64,000 bases of DNA from Chloroflexota bacterium (lineage in GTDB: Bacteria > Chloroflexota > UBA11872 > VXOZ01): the NCBI GenBank assembly GCA_963662335.2, contig CAXXVD010000002.1, positions 480,001 to 544,000 on the forward strand, given 5' to 3'. The notes beneath the pieces are model-generated. The model made no database searches. It was given only the letters and a program-made list of their open reading frames with translations, and was not told the origin of the DNA. Position numbers and translations under genes: made by a program. Numbering within the stretch: position 1 is the first letter of the stretch; each line of letters opens with the position of its first letter. Positions 1 to 9,101 of this stretch are shown one piece after another.

Positions 1-261
1 TTTGGAGGGTTCCGCGAAAGGGGCCTTGGACCGAGCGGATTTGAGGAAACGCTTAAGCACATAGTGGCGGCGCTGGAAGAAGACACGGAAAACCCAAATG
101 GGCCGGCAAGGGCGCGCTATGCCCGCCCTGGAAGAGGGCATCGTGCGCGGCGACGAAGTTCTCGCCGTGGTGAGCGACGCGTGCGCCGAAATAGATAGTT
201 GACAGTGAGATGAATTGAGCGCGCTGCGCTCAACCGGAACGTCACTGTTGGGCGCTGTTGC

Positions 262-1245
262 TCATTTGGAGACGCGGTAGTGGACGACGCCGGGGCGTGA
301 CGGGCCTTGTGGAATGCCTAGGTCGTCGTGCATGAGCGGGGCGGTTTCGCTGAACGCGCATGGGTCGGGGTCAACGGGCGCGAGCGGGGCGTCCGGCCGC
401 AGGAAATCCCCTGGCAGCCAGATTGTGCCCTCGGTGTCCCACGACCAGAGCATGGAAATTCCGGCCGCCGTGGTGTGGCGCACGAACGGCGCGGTCAAGA
501 GACCCAGGAACGTCAGGTGAACGCCGTCCCACCGCGCGCCGACGCGGCGCCAGTCCGGCGATAGCGAACCGGCGCCCGCCGGGCTATTGGGATCCTGATT
601 GACGCTGGGAAACGCAACGCAGAGCGCGTGCCAGCCGGCGGGCCCGTTGATTTCGCAGACGCGGGCGGACTGGTCGATCTCCGCAGCGAATCTGCGCTGC
701 AATTCTACTTCCGGCCAGTCACCGACGCCGGAGGCAATGGCTGTGTCAAGACACGAATACCCGCCCCTTAGGGTGGAAGTGATGCGCCATTCCGTTGGAC
801 GTTGCGCGTAATCCTCCCAGCGGGTATTTGACGGGGACGCCGCCGCGCGGGAGGGAGGCCGCTTGACCCGGCGAGATACGCGCGCCAACATGCGGCTTGC
901 CAGCGTTTGGCGGGCGGGAGGCGGAGGCGGCGTGTCGTCCCGCACGAGCGCCTGGCGGGCGCGGTCCAGCGGCTCCGTCCACCAGCGGCTTGCCGGATGC
1001 GCCGCCGCGTCCCGCGCCAGGTGGGTCAGTTCCGCGCCGCGAGAAAGCGCGGCGGTGACGGCCTCATCGAAATCCACCGACCACGGATTGAGCGCGTTCA
1101 GGGCTACGGCGGCGCGGGCGAAGGCCTGCGGCGGCGTGACGGCGCGCGCCACGGGAATGCCATCCCGCGCGATGGTCAGCAGAAAGGCGCACCCCACCGG
1201 GCAGCGCAGCAGCCGGGCGGCAATGTCGTCGGTGTGGGATTCCAT
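262..1245 (-). CDS. Hypothetical protein (327 aa)
   Basis: Long ORF with GC-rich third positions; C-terminal PDWxxVxxxWDGVHL...WDxE motif recalled from actinobacterial hypothetical proteins. Confidence 0.7.
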   Translation of the reverse strand: MESHTDDIAARLLRCPVGCAFLLTIARDGIPVARAVTPPQAFARAAVALNALNPWSVDFDEAVTAALSRGAELTHLARDAAAHPASRWWTEPLDRARQALVRDDTPPPPPARQTLASRMLARVSRRVKRPPSRAAASPSNTRWEDYAQRPTEWRITSTLRGGYSCLDTAIASGVGDWPEVELQRRFAAEIDQSARVCEINGPAGWHALCVAFPSVNQDPNSPAGAGSLSPDWRRVGARWDGVHLTFLGLLTAPFVRHTTAAGISMLWSWDTEGTIWLPGDFLRPDAPLAPVDPDPCAFSETAPLMHDDLGIPQGPSRPGVVHYRVSK

Positions 1246-1338
1246 GGTTCACCGCTCTTTCGGCTGGGATGCGCCGTCTTCCCCCGTTTTTCAAGGCAAG
1301 AGGATTCATCCCCGACATGCGGGCGCACGCTGCCGGAG

Positions 1339-1431
1339 GCGGGGGACAAGCCCCCGCGCTACGCAAAGGCGTCACCATAGGCCCAAGGCCGCGCGCTATG
1401 CCCTAGATTCCTCGCTGCGCTCGGAATGACA
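1339..1431. repeat. Two REP palindromes (GTAG-type GCGGGGGACAAGCCCCCGCGCTAC at 1339-1362; AGATTCCTCGCTGCGCTCGGAATGACA at 1405-1431)
   Basis: Both sequences recur many times in intergenic DNA of this window. Confidence 0.9.
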
Positions 1432-1483
1432 GTCACGGACAATATGCAAATTGCGCGGAATGGCGCTTAGGGTCAAATTCTGC

Positions 1484-3079
1484 CTAGCCGCGTTCGACGA
1501 ACACCGGCGCGAGCATGTTGTCCACCGGCGCGTAGCTGTCGGTGAGGATGACGGCGGAACTGTTGTCCACGTACGCGCGCAGGCGGGCGGGGTCGAGCAT
1601 GGTGCTCACCGGGCCCTTGGGCAGCAGGCCGGCCACCCGGTCGTGCAGGGCCGCTTCCGTGAGCGGCTGCGCGCCGGCCACCAGCACGAACGTATTGCGG
1701 CCCTCCTGCTCCCAGCCCGGGCCTTCCGCCAACAGGTAGACGTGGGGAAAGACCTGCTCCAGGGTCAGAATCAGCGACGGCAGGAAGCGGCCGTGTTCGA
1801 ACGTATCCACCACGTTCAGCATGTAGTAGCCGTCCGGGGTCAGCAGCGCGCGCACTTTCTCGGCGAACTCCCGGGTGGTCAGGTGATAGGGCACCGAGAG
1901 GTCGTTGAAGGCGTCGCCGATCACCGCGTCGTACCGGCCGGCTTCCAGGCGTTTCACCACCAGGCGCGCGTCCTCGTTGTAGGTGATTACGCGGGTGTCG
2001 CGGGGGAGGCCCATCTTGGCGTGGGCCATTTCCGTGACCGCCGGGTCGATCTCCGCCACCTCGATCACCGCGCCGGGATAGACCGCCTCCAGGTAGCGGG
2101 GAAAGGTGTAGCCGCCCCCGCCAATGGAGAAGGAGCGGATGCCGTCCCGGTCACCGGCGATATAGGAAATTAGCTCGGCGTATATCTTTACGTAGTCATA
2201 GTCAAGCCGCGTGGGGTCTTCCAGGATGCTGTAGCTGTGGATCAGGTGGTCCAGCACCAGGCGGCGTTGGGTGACGTTTTCTTCCAGTTTCTTTTCGCTC
2301 ACCCGGATGCAGAAGTAGTTGGTCTCCACGTCGCACGGCGCGGCAAACGCGCCGCGCGGCTGCAAGGTCACGGCGTCCTGCGCCAGATTGCGCACGTAGT
2401 TCCAGCCCAGGGGCATGGAATAGGCGTTGCGCCCGTAGCTGACGACGCTCAGTCCCACGAGCAGCAGCGCGCCGCCGCCCAGCAACAGACGGCGGTTCCA
2501 GAGGTCGCCGAAGACGATCGCCACCAGCAGCAGAATCACGGCCACGAGCAGGATGACCGTGCGCGTGCCGAAGAACGAGACCAGGAAGAAGCCGGTGGCA
2601 AAGGTGCCGGCGATCGCGCCCACCGTGGAGAGGGCGTAGATGCGGCCCACCACGCCGCCGGTGCGGGAAAGATCGTCCAGGATGAGGCGCACGACTACCG
2701 GCGTGATGGTGCCCATGAACACGCTCGGCAGGAAGAAGACCGCGGCGGTGAAGAAGAGGATCTTCAACATGAGGTGCACGGGCAAGTCCTGCGCGATGCC
2801 GGAAATGACGGCCGTCAGCGGCAGGATGGCGAGCGTAAAGACGCTGGAGATGAGAAAGAGCACGCCCAGCGTGGAGACCGCCGGAAAGCGGTCGCCGATG
2901 CGCCCGCCGGCGTAGTTCCCCAGGCTGATGCCCGCCAGCATCACGCCGATCACGCTGGTCCAGGTGTAGAGCGAGACGCCCAAGTACGGCGCGATCATGC
3001 GCCCGGCCGTGAGTTCCACGACCAGCGTGCAGAAACTCGCGATGAAGACGATCGTGCCCGCCCGCCAGGTGCCGCGCAT
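1484..3079 (-). CDS. Fused MFS-like membrane domain / spermidine synthase-like SAM-dependent protein
   Basis: N-terminal TM helices with ELTAGRMIAPYLG..YTW; C-terminal IGGGGYT, EID, DAR, DAF and LTDSYAP motifs. Confidence 0.9.
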   Translation of the reverse strand: MRGTWRAGTIVFIASFCTLVVELTAGRMIAPYLGVSLYTWTSVIGVMLAGISLGNYAGGRIGDRFPAVSTLGVLFLISSVFTLAILPLTAVISGIAQDLPVHLMLKILFFTAAVFFLPSVFMGTITPVVVRLILDDLSRTGGVVGRIYALSTVGAIAGTFATGFFLVSFFGTRTVILLVAVILLLVAIVFGDLWNRRLLLGGGALLLVGLSVVSYGRNAYSMPLGWNYVRNLAQDAVTLQPRGAFAAPCDVETNYFCIRVSEKKLEENVTQRRLVLDHLIHSYSILEDPTRLDYDYVKIYAELISYIAGDRDGIRSFSIGGGGYTFPRYLEAVYPGAVIEVAEIDPAVTEMAHAKMGLPRDTRVITYNEDARLVVKRLEAGRYDAVIGDAFNDLSVPYHLTTREFAEKVRALLTPDGYYMLNVVDTFEHGRFLPSLILTLEQVFPHVYLLAEGPGWEQEGRNTFVLVAGAQPLTEAALHDRVAGLLPKGPVSTMLDPARLRAYVDNSSAVILTDSYAPVDNMLAPVFVERG

Positions 3080-3275
3080 GGGGATGTCCCTTTCGTTGCC
3101 GTGGTACGTGCTGCTTTGTGTGTTCGTGAGCGTGTGGGTGTCGAGCGCAGAAAAGGCCTGATTCCACTACGTTTCTATTGTAGCCCTCAGCTTGCCCCGC
3201 TCGCATCCCCGCTGGCGCTCGGCTACACTATGTGAGAGGCGCATGCAGACGCAGACGGCATGAAGAGCAACGGCT

Positions 3276-4613
3276 ATGGCAGGCATTACGGCGGCACAGC
3301 GCGGCGACATGATGGCGGTGTTGGCGGCGGCGCTCAAGGCCGTGGACCCGGCGCAGGCGGTACGGAACCGCGTGCGGCGGGAGGGCGCGCGGTTGACGGT
3401 TGGGGACGCGGTGTACGACCTGGACTCGTACCGGCGGGTTCTTGTGGTAGGCGCGGGCAAGGCGAGCGGGCCGATGGCGCAGGCGCTGGAGGAGATTCTG
3501 AGCGACCGCCTGGCCGGCGGCGTGGTCAACGTCAAGGAGGGCTACGCCGTTCCCACGCAACGAATCGAGTTGATCGAGGCGGCGCACCCGGTGCCGGATG
3601 AGAACGGCGTGCGCGGCACCGAACGTATCTTGCAGATGGCGGCGGACGCCGGCGCGGACGATCTGGTGTTCTGCCTGATTTCCGGCGGCGGCTCGGCGCT
3701 CATGGAATTGCCGACAGCCGGCATTACGCTGGACGACGTGCAGCAACTCACCGACCTGCTCCTGCGCAGCGGCGCGACCATCAATGAAGTAAACACCATT
3801 CGCAAGCACATCTCGCAGGTGAAAGGCGGCGGCCTGGCGCGCGCCGCCGCGCCCGCCACGCTCATCGCGCTCATTCTCTCCGACGTGGTGGGCAATCCGC
3901 TGGACTTCATCGCCTCCGGGCCGACCGTGCCGGACACGACGACATTTCAAGACGCCTGGCAACTCCTGGGGAAGTTCCGCTTGCAGGACGCCATACCGGC
4001 CAGCGTGCGCGCGCAACTCCGGCGCGGCCTGGACGGCGCGATACCGGACACGCCCAAAGCGGGCGACCCGCTCTTCGCGCGCGCGGCGAGCGAGTTGGTG
4101 GGCAGCAACGAGATCGCGGCGCGCGCCGCGCTGGACGCGGCCACGGCCTTGGGGTATAATACAGTCCTGGTCACCACGTGGGTGGAAGGTGAGGCGCGTG
4201 AGGTTGCCAAAGTGATGGCCGGAGTCGCCAAGGGTCTGATTCGCCACCACTCCCCCGTCCCGCCGCCGGCGTGCCTTATCTTCGGCGGTGAAACCACGGT
4301 CACGGTGCGCGGCGATGGGCAGGGCGGGCGCAGCCAAGAAATGGCACTGGCCGCCTCTCTTGCGCTGGACGGCTGGGAAGACGTGGCGGTGATGGCGGTG
4401 GGCACCGACGGCACCGACGGCCCGACCGACGGGGCCGGCGGCATCGCCGACGGCGCGGTGCGCGGCCGGGCGCAGGCGCTGGGCCTGGACCCGCTTGCTT
4501 TCCTGGACCGCAACGACTCCTACCACTTCCTGCGGCAGACCGACGCGCTGCTGGTCACCGGACCGACCAACACCAACGTGAACGACCTGATCTTCGTCTA
4601 CGCTTTTGGCTAG
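3276..4613 (+). CDS. Glycerate 2-kinase / hydroxypyruvate reductase-like (TtuD/MOFRL family)
   Basis: GAGKAS, ISGGGSAL, RKHISQVKGG, SDV, IASGPT, GGETTV, GGRSQE, TDGTDG, TGPTNTNVND. Confidence 0.92.
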   Translation: MAGITAAQRGDMMAVLAAALKAVDPAQAVRNRVRREGARLTVGDAVYDLDSYRRVLVVGAGKASGPMAQALEEILSDRLAGGVVNVKEGYAVPTQRIELIEAAHPVPDENGVRGTERILQMAADAGADDLVFCLISGGGSALMELPTAGITLDDVQQLTDLLLRSGATINEVNTIRKHISQVKGGGLARAAAPATLIALILSDVVGNPLDFIASGPTVPDTTTFQDAWQLLGKFRLQDAIPASVRAQLRRGLDGAIPDTPKAGDPLFARAASELVGSNEIAARAALDAATALGYNTVLVTTWVEGEAREVAKVMAGVAKGLIRHHSPVPPPACLIFGGETTVTVRGDGQGGRSQEMALAASLALDGWEDVAVMAVGTDGTDGPTDGAGGIADGAVRGRAQALGLDPLAFLDRNDSYHFLRQTDALLVTGPTNTNVNDLIFVYAFG

Positions 4614-4695
4614 GGGAATGCCCTAGCATCCTCGTTCGTTCGTCTCCTCGGTTCAGCTTATCCTCCTCTCGCAGTCTACGGCAGGTGATTCCCCC

Positions 4696-5163
4696 ATGGA
4701 ACTGAAAGAAAGAGTCCGCCCTCCTCTGCATTCGTCGCTTCTCTCTTCCGCCCCAGCGCAGCGCTGGCACTCGGTGAGCCGGCGCAGCGACCTGCGGCCG
4801 TTGTCCCGGGGCCGCAGCCAAACGGCGCTGCTTGGGTTTTGCCTGGTGTTCGCGGTACTCGCGCTCAGCGGCGGCGTGCTGCTGTGGTGGGCGGGTCAAG
4901 CCGCTAACGCCGGCGAGCAGAGCCCCCAGGTTAGCGAGGCGTTGCAGATTACGCCCGTGCCCCCCACTCCCAGCCCGCTTCCCGCCGAACCGACGGCAAC
5001 GCCCATGCCCACGTCCCACGTCGTGCGGCCGGGCGAGTCGCTCACCGCCATAGCCGAGCGGTATAATACGACCGTGGCGGTCCTGGCGGAACTGAATGGC
5101 ATCGCGAATCCGAATGCGATCCGGGCCGGCACGGAACTGCGCCTGCCGTCCGCGCAGCCGTAG
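4696..5163 (+). CDS. Membrane-anchored LysM peptidoglycan-binding protein
   Basis: TM helix, Pro/Thr linker, C-terminal [29 protein letters not shown] LysM. Confidence 0.88.
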   Translation: MELKERVRPPLHSSLLSSAPAQRWHSVSRRSDLRPLSRGRSQTALLGFCLVFAVLALSGGVLLWWAGQAANAGEQSPQVSEALQITPVPPTPSPLPAEPTATPMPTSHVVRPGESLTAIAERYNTTVAVLAELNGIANPNAIRAGTELRLPSAQP

Positions 5164-5208
5164 GACGCGCGCGGGGGCGCGGAATCCATTCGGGAGGCCC
5201 GCGAAGAT

Positions 5209-5530
5209 AGATTCCCGCTTTCGCGGGAATGACGGAGTTGCTACCCGCTTTCTTCGCCGTTCACCCTTCGACGTTGCTCAGGGCGAACGGCTTGGTTGCG
5301 CTATCTTCATGGTAACGACGGAGTTAGACGTGCCGTTTTCCTGGTAATCACCATGGCCCCACGACGGCCACGCGAGGGAATGAAAGTGAACGCACCTCTC
5401 TCCGTTCGTGCTGAGCCTGTCGAAGCATGAACGGAGAGAGGTGCGTGCGGAGTTGCTGCCCGCCTCCTCCACCGTTCACCCTTCGACGCCGCTCAGAGCC
5501 TGCCCCGTACTCGATACGGGGGCGAACGGT
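5209..5530. repeat. Composite cluster of REP-like palindromes (ATTCCCGC-N-GCGGGAATGAC; CCCTTCGAC..GCTCAGGGCGAACGG types)
   Basis: Several short hairpins; the ATTCCCGC type recurs at 26846-26870 and, as an ATTCCGGC variant, at 31532-31556. Confidence 0.75.
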
Positions 5531-5553
5531 ATGAGTGCCTATTTTTCATAGAA

Positions 5554-7245
5554 ATGACGGAACGTGGAAATGATGGAACGTGCGGGATAGGCGGCGGTTG
5601 GGGGAGTGACGGCGTGGATGAGACATGGTCGCAGTGGCGGCAGGCGGCACGGATCTTTCCCCGCGCGGCGCATCTCTGGCGCGCCGGGTTGGTGGCGCTG
5701 GCGCTGTGGCTGAGCACGGTGGGCGCCGCCGGCGCGGCGTCTGGGACCCCCTGGCATTCCGGCAGCGCCGCGCCGGCGGGCGCCATGCTGCCGGTCTGGC
5801 AGCTTTGGGTGAACGCGCTCGACCCCGGCGCGTGGACGCAAGCGGAGCAGTCGTGGGTGCCCAGCAGTCCGCCGTGGCTCGTCGCGCCGCACCCCAGCGA
5901 CGCGAGCCGGGCGCTGGCGGCCGGCCCGCTGGGGCTGCATCGCACCACCGACGGCGGCGCAACCTGGACGCGCCTGCCGGGCATCGTGGCGCCGGTGCTG
6001 GCCATCGCCTACAATGCGCTGAACCCGCAGGTCGTCTACGCCGGGACCGAGTTGGGCGGCATCTACCGCAGCGTGGACGGTGGCCGCTACTGGCGGCGCA
6101 GCGACACCGGCCTGCCGCGGGACGGGCTCGGCCACGTGGCCGGCGCGGTGGCCCTGGCGGCCGATCCGGACCGCTCGTTTACGCTCTACGCGGCGACCAC
6201 GCTCAGCGGCGGGCTCTACCGGTCGCTCGACGACGGCAGCGCCTGGGGCCTCGCGAGCGCCGGCTTGCCGGAGGAGCCGGTGCTCGGCCTCGCCGTCACC
6301 GCGAGCGGGCCGCCCCGTCTCTATGCCGCCACGCCGCGCGGCCTCTTCCTCTCCACCGACCGCGGCGGCCAGTGGTCGTTGCTCGGGGCCTTGCCTCTGG
6401 AGGCGCCGACCTCGTCGCAGACACCGACCTCGTCGCAGACGTCGACTTCGTCGCAGGCACCGACGCCATCGCAGACCTCGTCGCAGACGCCGCACAAGTT
6501 GTTGGTAGAGCCGGATGCGTCGGGGCAAGGAATGCTGCTGGTGGCCGCGGATGCGCTCTATCGCTCGACGAACGGCGGGGTGTCGTGGGTCACGATAGAC
6601 CTGCCCGCTGCCATGCCGCCCATCCGGGACGCCGTGTTCGTGGCCGGGCCGGCCTACACGCATCTCTTCGTGGCGGGCGCGGACGGCCCCTACTGGCAGC
6701 GGTTCACGCCGGCCTCGCCGCAGTCGCCGCCGCACGGAGAGTCGGATTCGGAAATCTACGTCGCCATCACCGGGCATACGATTAGAGAGCCGTTTCTCAG
6801 CTTCTTCGCTACCCACGGCGGCGTGGCGCGCTTCGGCTATCCGCGCACGGATGCTGTCAGCGAGGACGGCAAGACGGTACAATACTTCCAACGGGCGCGG
6901 CTGGAGATCGTGACGGACGAGGCCGGCGAGCGCGTGGCGCGGTCGCCGCTCGGTGCGATGCTGCGCTTTGGCGCGCCGTCCGCCGCCGGTGAGTCGTCGA
7001 ACGGGTCGCAAATGCAGTACGCCGTAGACCGGGTATTTGCGAACTTCTACGCCAGCAACAACGGACGCGAGTCGTTCGGCAGGCCAATCGCGCCGGCGGC
7101 GGACGAGGAGCAACGAAACGGGCATACTGTGTATACCCAGTATTTCGAGTTCGCGCGCCTGGAACACTATCCGAATGCCGAGACGCCGGTGCTGCTGGGG
7201 TTGATCGGCGATGAGTACCTGATACGCATAGGTTGGCTGGAGTAA
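5554..7245 (+). CDS. Secreted BNR/Asp-box beta-propeller protein with C-terminal Chloroflexi-type surface repeat domain (true start possibly ~5614-5626)
   Basis: Repeated S/T-x-DGG-x-x-W Asp boxes; two C-terminal FGxP...QYFxxARLE repeats. Confidence 0.8.
   Translation: MTERGNDGTCGIGGGWGSDGVDETWSQWRQAARIFPRAAHLWRAGLVALALWLSTVGAAGAASGTPWHSGSAAPAGAMLPVWQLWVNALDPGAWTQAEQSWVPSSPPWLVAPHPSDASRALAAGPLGLHRTTDGGATWTRLPGIVAPVLAIAYNALNPQVVYAGTELGGIYRSVDGGRYWRRSDTGLPRDGLGHVAGAVALAADPDRSFTLYAATTLSGGLYRSLDDGSAWGLASAGLPEEPVLGLAVTASGPPRLYAATPRGLFLSTDRGGQWSLLGALPLEAPTSSQTPTSSQTSTSSQAPTPSQTSSQTPHKLLVEPDASGQGMLLVAADALYRSTNGGVSWVTIDLPAAMPPIRDAVFVAGPAYTHLFVAGADGPYWQRFTPASPQSPPHGESDSEIYVAITGHTIREPFLSFFATHGGVARFGYPRTDAVSEDGKTVQYFQRARLEIVTDEAGERVARSPLGAMLRFGAPSAAGESSNGSQMQYAVDRVFANFYASNNGRESFGRPIAPAADEEQRNGHTVYTQYFEFARLEHYPNAETPVLLGLIGDEYLIRIGWLE
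6403..6492 (+). repeat. In-frame 18-bp tandem repeat (xPTSSQ x ~5)
   Basis: gcgccgacctcgtcgcag / acaccgacctcgtcgcag / acgtcgacttcgtcgcag / gcaccgacgccatcgcag / acctcgtcgcag. Confidence 0.85.
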
Positions 7246-7250
7246 GGCGT

Positions 7251-8744
7251 ATGCGACGCACCCGCATCGTGGCCACGATTGGCCCGGAAACCGCGAATGA
7301 GGATACGCTCCGCGCCATGCTGGAGGCTGGCTTGGACGTGGCGCGCGTCAACTTCTCCCACGGCGATCACGAGTCGCAGGGGCGCTCGATCGGCTTGCTG
7401 CGCCGGTTGGCGGCCGCGGCCGGCGCCACCCTGCCCATCATGGCCGATCTGCAAGGCCCGAAAGTGCGCGTGGGCACGATTGCCGACCCGCCGCTGCGTC
7501 TGGCGCCGGACAGCCTGCTGGTGCTCACGGTGGACGGCGACGGATTTGACGCGGGAGCGCGCCAACGGCTGCGGGACTACGCGCAATCGCTCGATCCCGA
7601 CGCGCCCGGCGTGGCCGACGCGCCGGTGCGCTTTGCCGGACTGGCGGCGGAGACGCGGCCGGGCGATACGATTCTGCTCGATGACGGCTTGATCGCGGTG
7701 GAAGTGCTTGCCACGCGGGTCGAGACCGGGCAGGCGGCGGTGGTGGCACGGGTGACGCGCGGCGGCGATTTGATCAGCGGCAAGGCCGTGGTGGTGCGCG
7801 GGCGCAGCCTGAGCCTGCCCAGCCTCACCGCCAAAGACTGGGAAGACGTGCGCTTTGCCGTGGAGCAGGAGGTGGATTGGGTAGCGCTCTCCTACGTGCG
7901 CGCCGCCACCGACGTGGAGATATTGCGGCAACTCATGCTCAACTACGGCGCGACGATCCCCATCATTGCCAAAATCGAGACGCAAGAAGCCATCGAACAC
8001 TTCGATGAAATCCTGGCGGCGGCGGACGGCATCATGGTGGCGCGGGGCGACCTGGGCGTGCAGGTGCCGCCGGAAGAGGTGCCGCTGCACCAGAAGTCCA
8101 TCATCCAGAAGTCGCGCGAGCGGGGCAAGCCGGTCATTACGGCCACCCAGATGCTCGAATCGATGATGCAGCATCCGGTCCCCACCCGCGCCGAGGCCAG
8201 CGACGTGGCAAACGCCATCCTGGACGGCAGCGACGCGGTGATGCTCTCCGGCGAAACGGCCGTCGGCCCCTATCCGGTAGAGGCCGTGTCGGTTATGGCG
8301 CGCATTGCCACAAAGGTGGACCCCCATGTGGAAAGCTTTGGCTCCGTGGATGCCAGCGATACCACCGACGCGATCGCGGAGGCCACGCATCGCATTGCCG
8401 AAGAGCTTGACGCAACGGCTATCTTTGCGCTCACGCAGTCCGGCTACACCGCCCGCATGTTGGCCCGCCTGCGCCCCCACGTGCAATTGCTGGCGGTGAC
8501 GCCGGAGAAACCGATTTGGCGCCAACTCGCGCTGTGCTGGGGCACGGAGCCGCTGCTGGCAACCGTGAAGACCGATACCGACGCGGCCATGCGCGAGGCC
8601 GTGGCGCTGGCGAAGGAGGCCGGCCACGTGCGGGACGGCGATACGGTGGTCTTTACGGCCGGCATGCCGTTCGGCGTGGGCGGCACGACGAACCTGATCC
8701 GCATCCACGAGATCGGCCAGCCGCTCAGCTTGAAAGGGGACTAG
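7251..8744 (+). CDS. pyk: Pyruvate kinase
   Basis: TRIVATIGP, ARVNFSHG, DLQGPK, IIAKIE, DGIMVARGDLG, ATQMLESM, DAVMLSGETAVG. Confidence 0.97.
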   Translation: MRRTRIVATIGPETANEDTLRAMLEAGLDVARVNFSHGDHESQGRSIGLLRRLAAAAGATLPIMADLQGPKVRVGTIADPPLRLAPDSLLVLTVDGDGFDAGARQRLRDYAQSLDPDAPGVADAPVRFAGLAAETRPGDTILLDDGLIAVEVLATRVETGQAAVVARVTRGGDLISGKAVVVRGRSLSLPSLTAKDWEDVRFAVEQEVDWVALSYVRAATDVEILRQLMLNYGATIPIIAKIETQEAIEHFDEILAAADGIMVARGDLGVQVPPEEVPLHQKSIIQKSRERGKPVITATQMLESMMQHPVPTRAEASDVANAILDGSDAVMLSGETAVGPYPVEAVSVMARIATKVDPHVESFGSVDASDTTDAIAEATHRIAEELDATAIFALTQSGYTARMLARLRPHVQLLAVTPEKPIWRQLALCWGTEPLLATVKTDTDAAMREAVALAKEAGHVRDGDTVVFTAGMPFGVGGTTNLIRIHEIGQPLSLKGD

Positions 8745-8788
8745 GCGGGGCTGTCAAGAGCGAAGATGCCCCGCTCCCCGGGGAGAGG

Positions 8789-8936
8789 CTGAACGGGGGT
8801 ATGCATTCTACGTCCAACTTCGCGCGTCATTCCGAACGGAGCGCAGCGGAGAGAGGAATCTAGGGAACAGCCCGGCAGAGTCCGTGATTCTAGATTCCTC
8901 GCTGCGCTCGGAATGACATTTGCAAGCCCCGGTTTG
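8789..8936. mobile_element. Degenerate copy of the ~147-bp MITE-like element carrying a REP doublet
   Basis: Same internal layout as 31347-31493; left end CTGAACGGGGGTA, right end decayed. Confidence 0.6.
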
Positions 8937-9101
8937 TTGGGAAGAGGGCCGGGCGCAAGAACCCCCTCTCCCTGGAGGCCTCTGTATAACCCCCTTCCAC
9001 CTTTGAGGGGGAAGGTTGGGATGGGGAAGAGGGGCATCGAAACTGCCCATCTCCGATAGTTCTGCGGAATCGCGCAAGAACTCTTGCAGGGGAGTTGAAC
9101 T

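Noticed and set aside
1-260. Possible 3' end of a + strand gene
   Set aside because: No frame gives a recognisable protein; too little sequence to call
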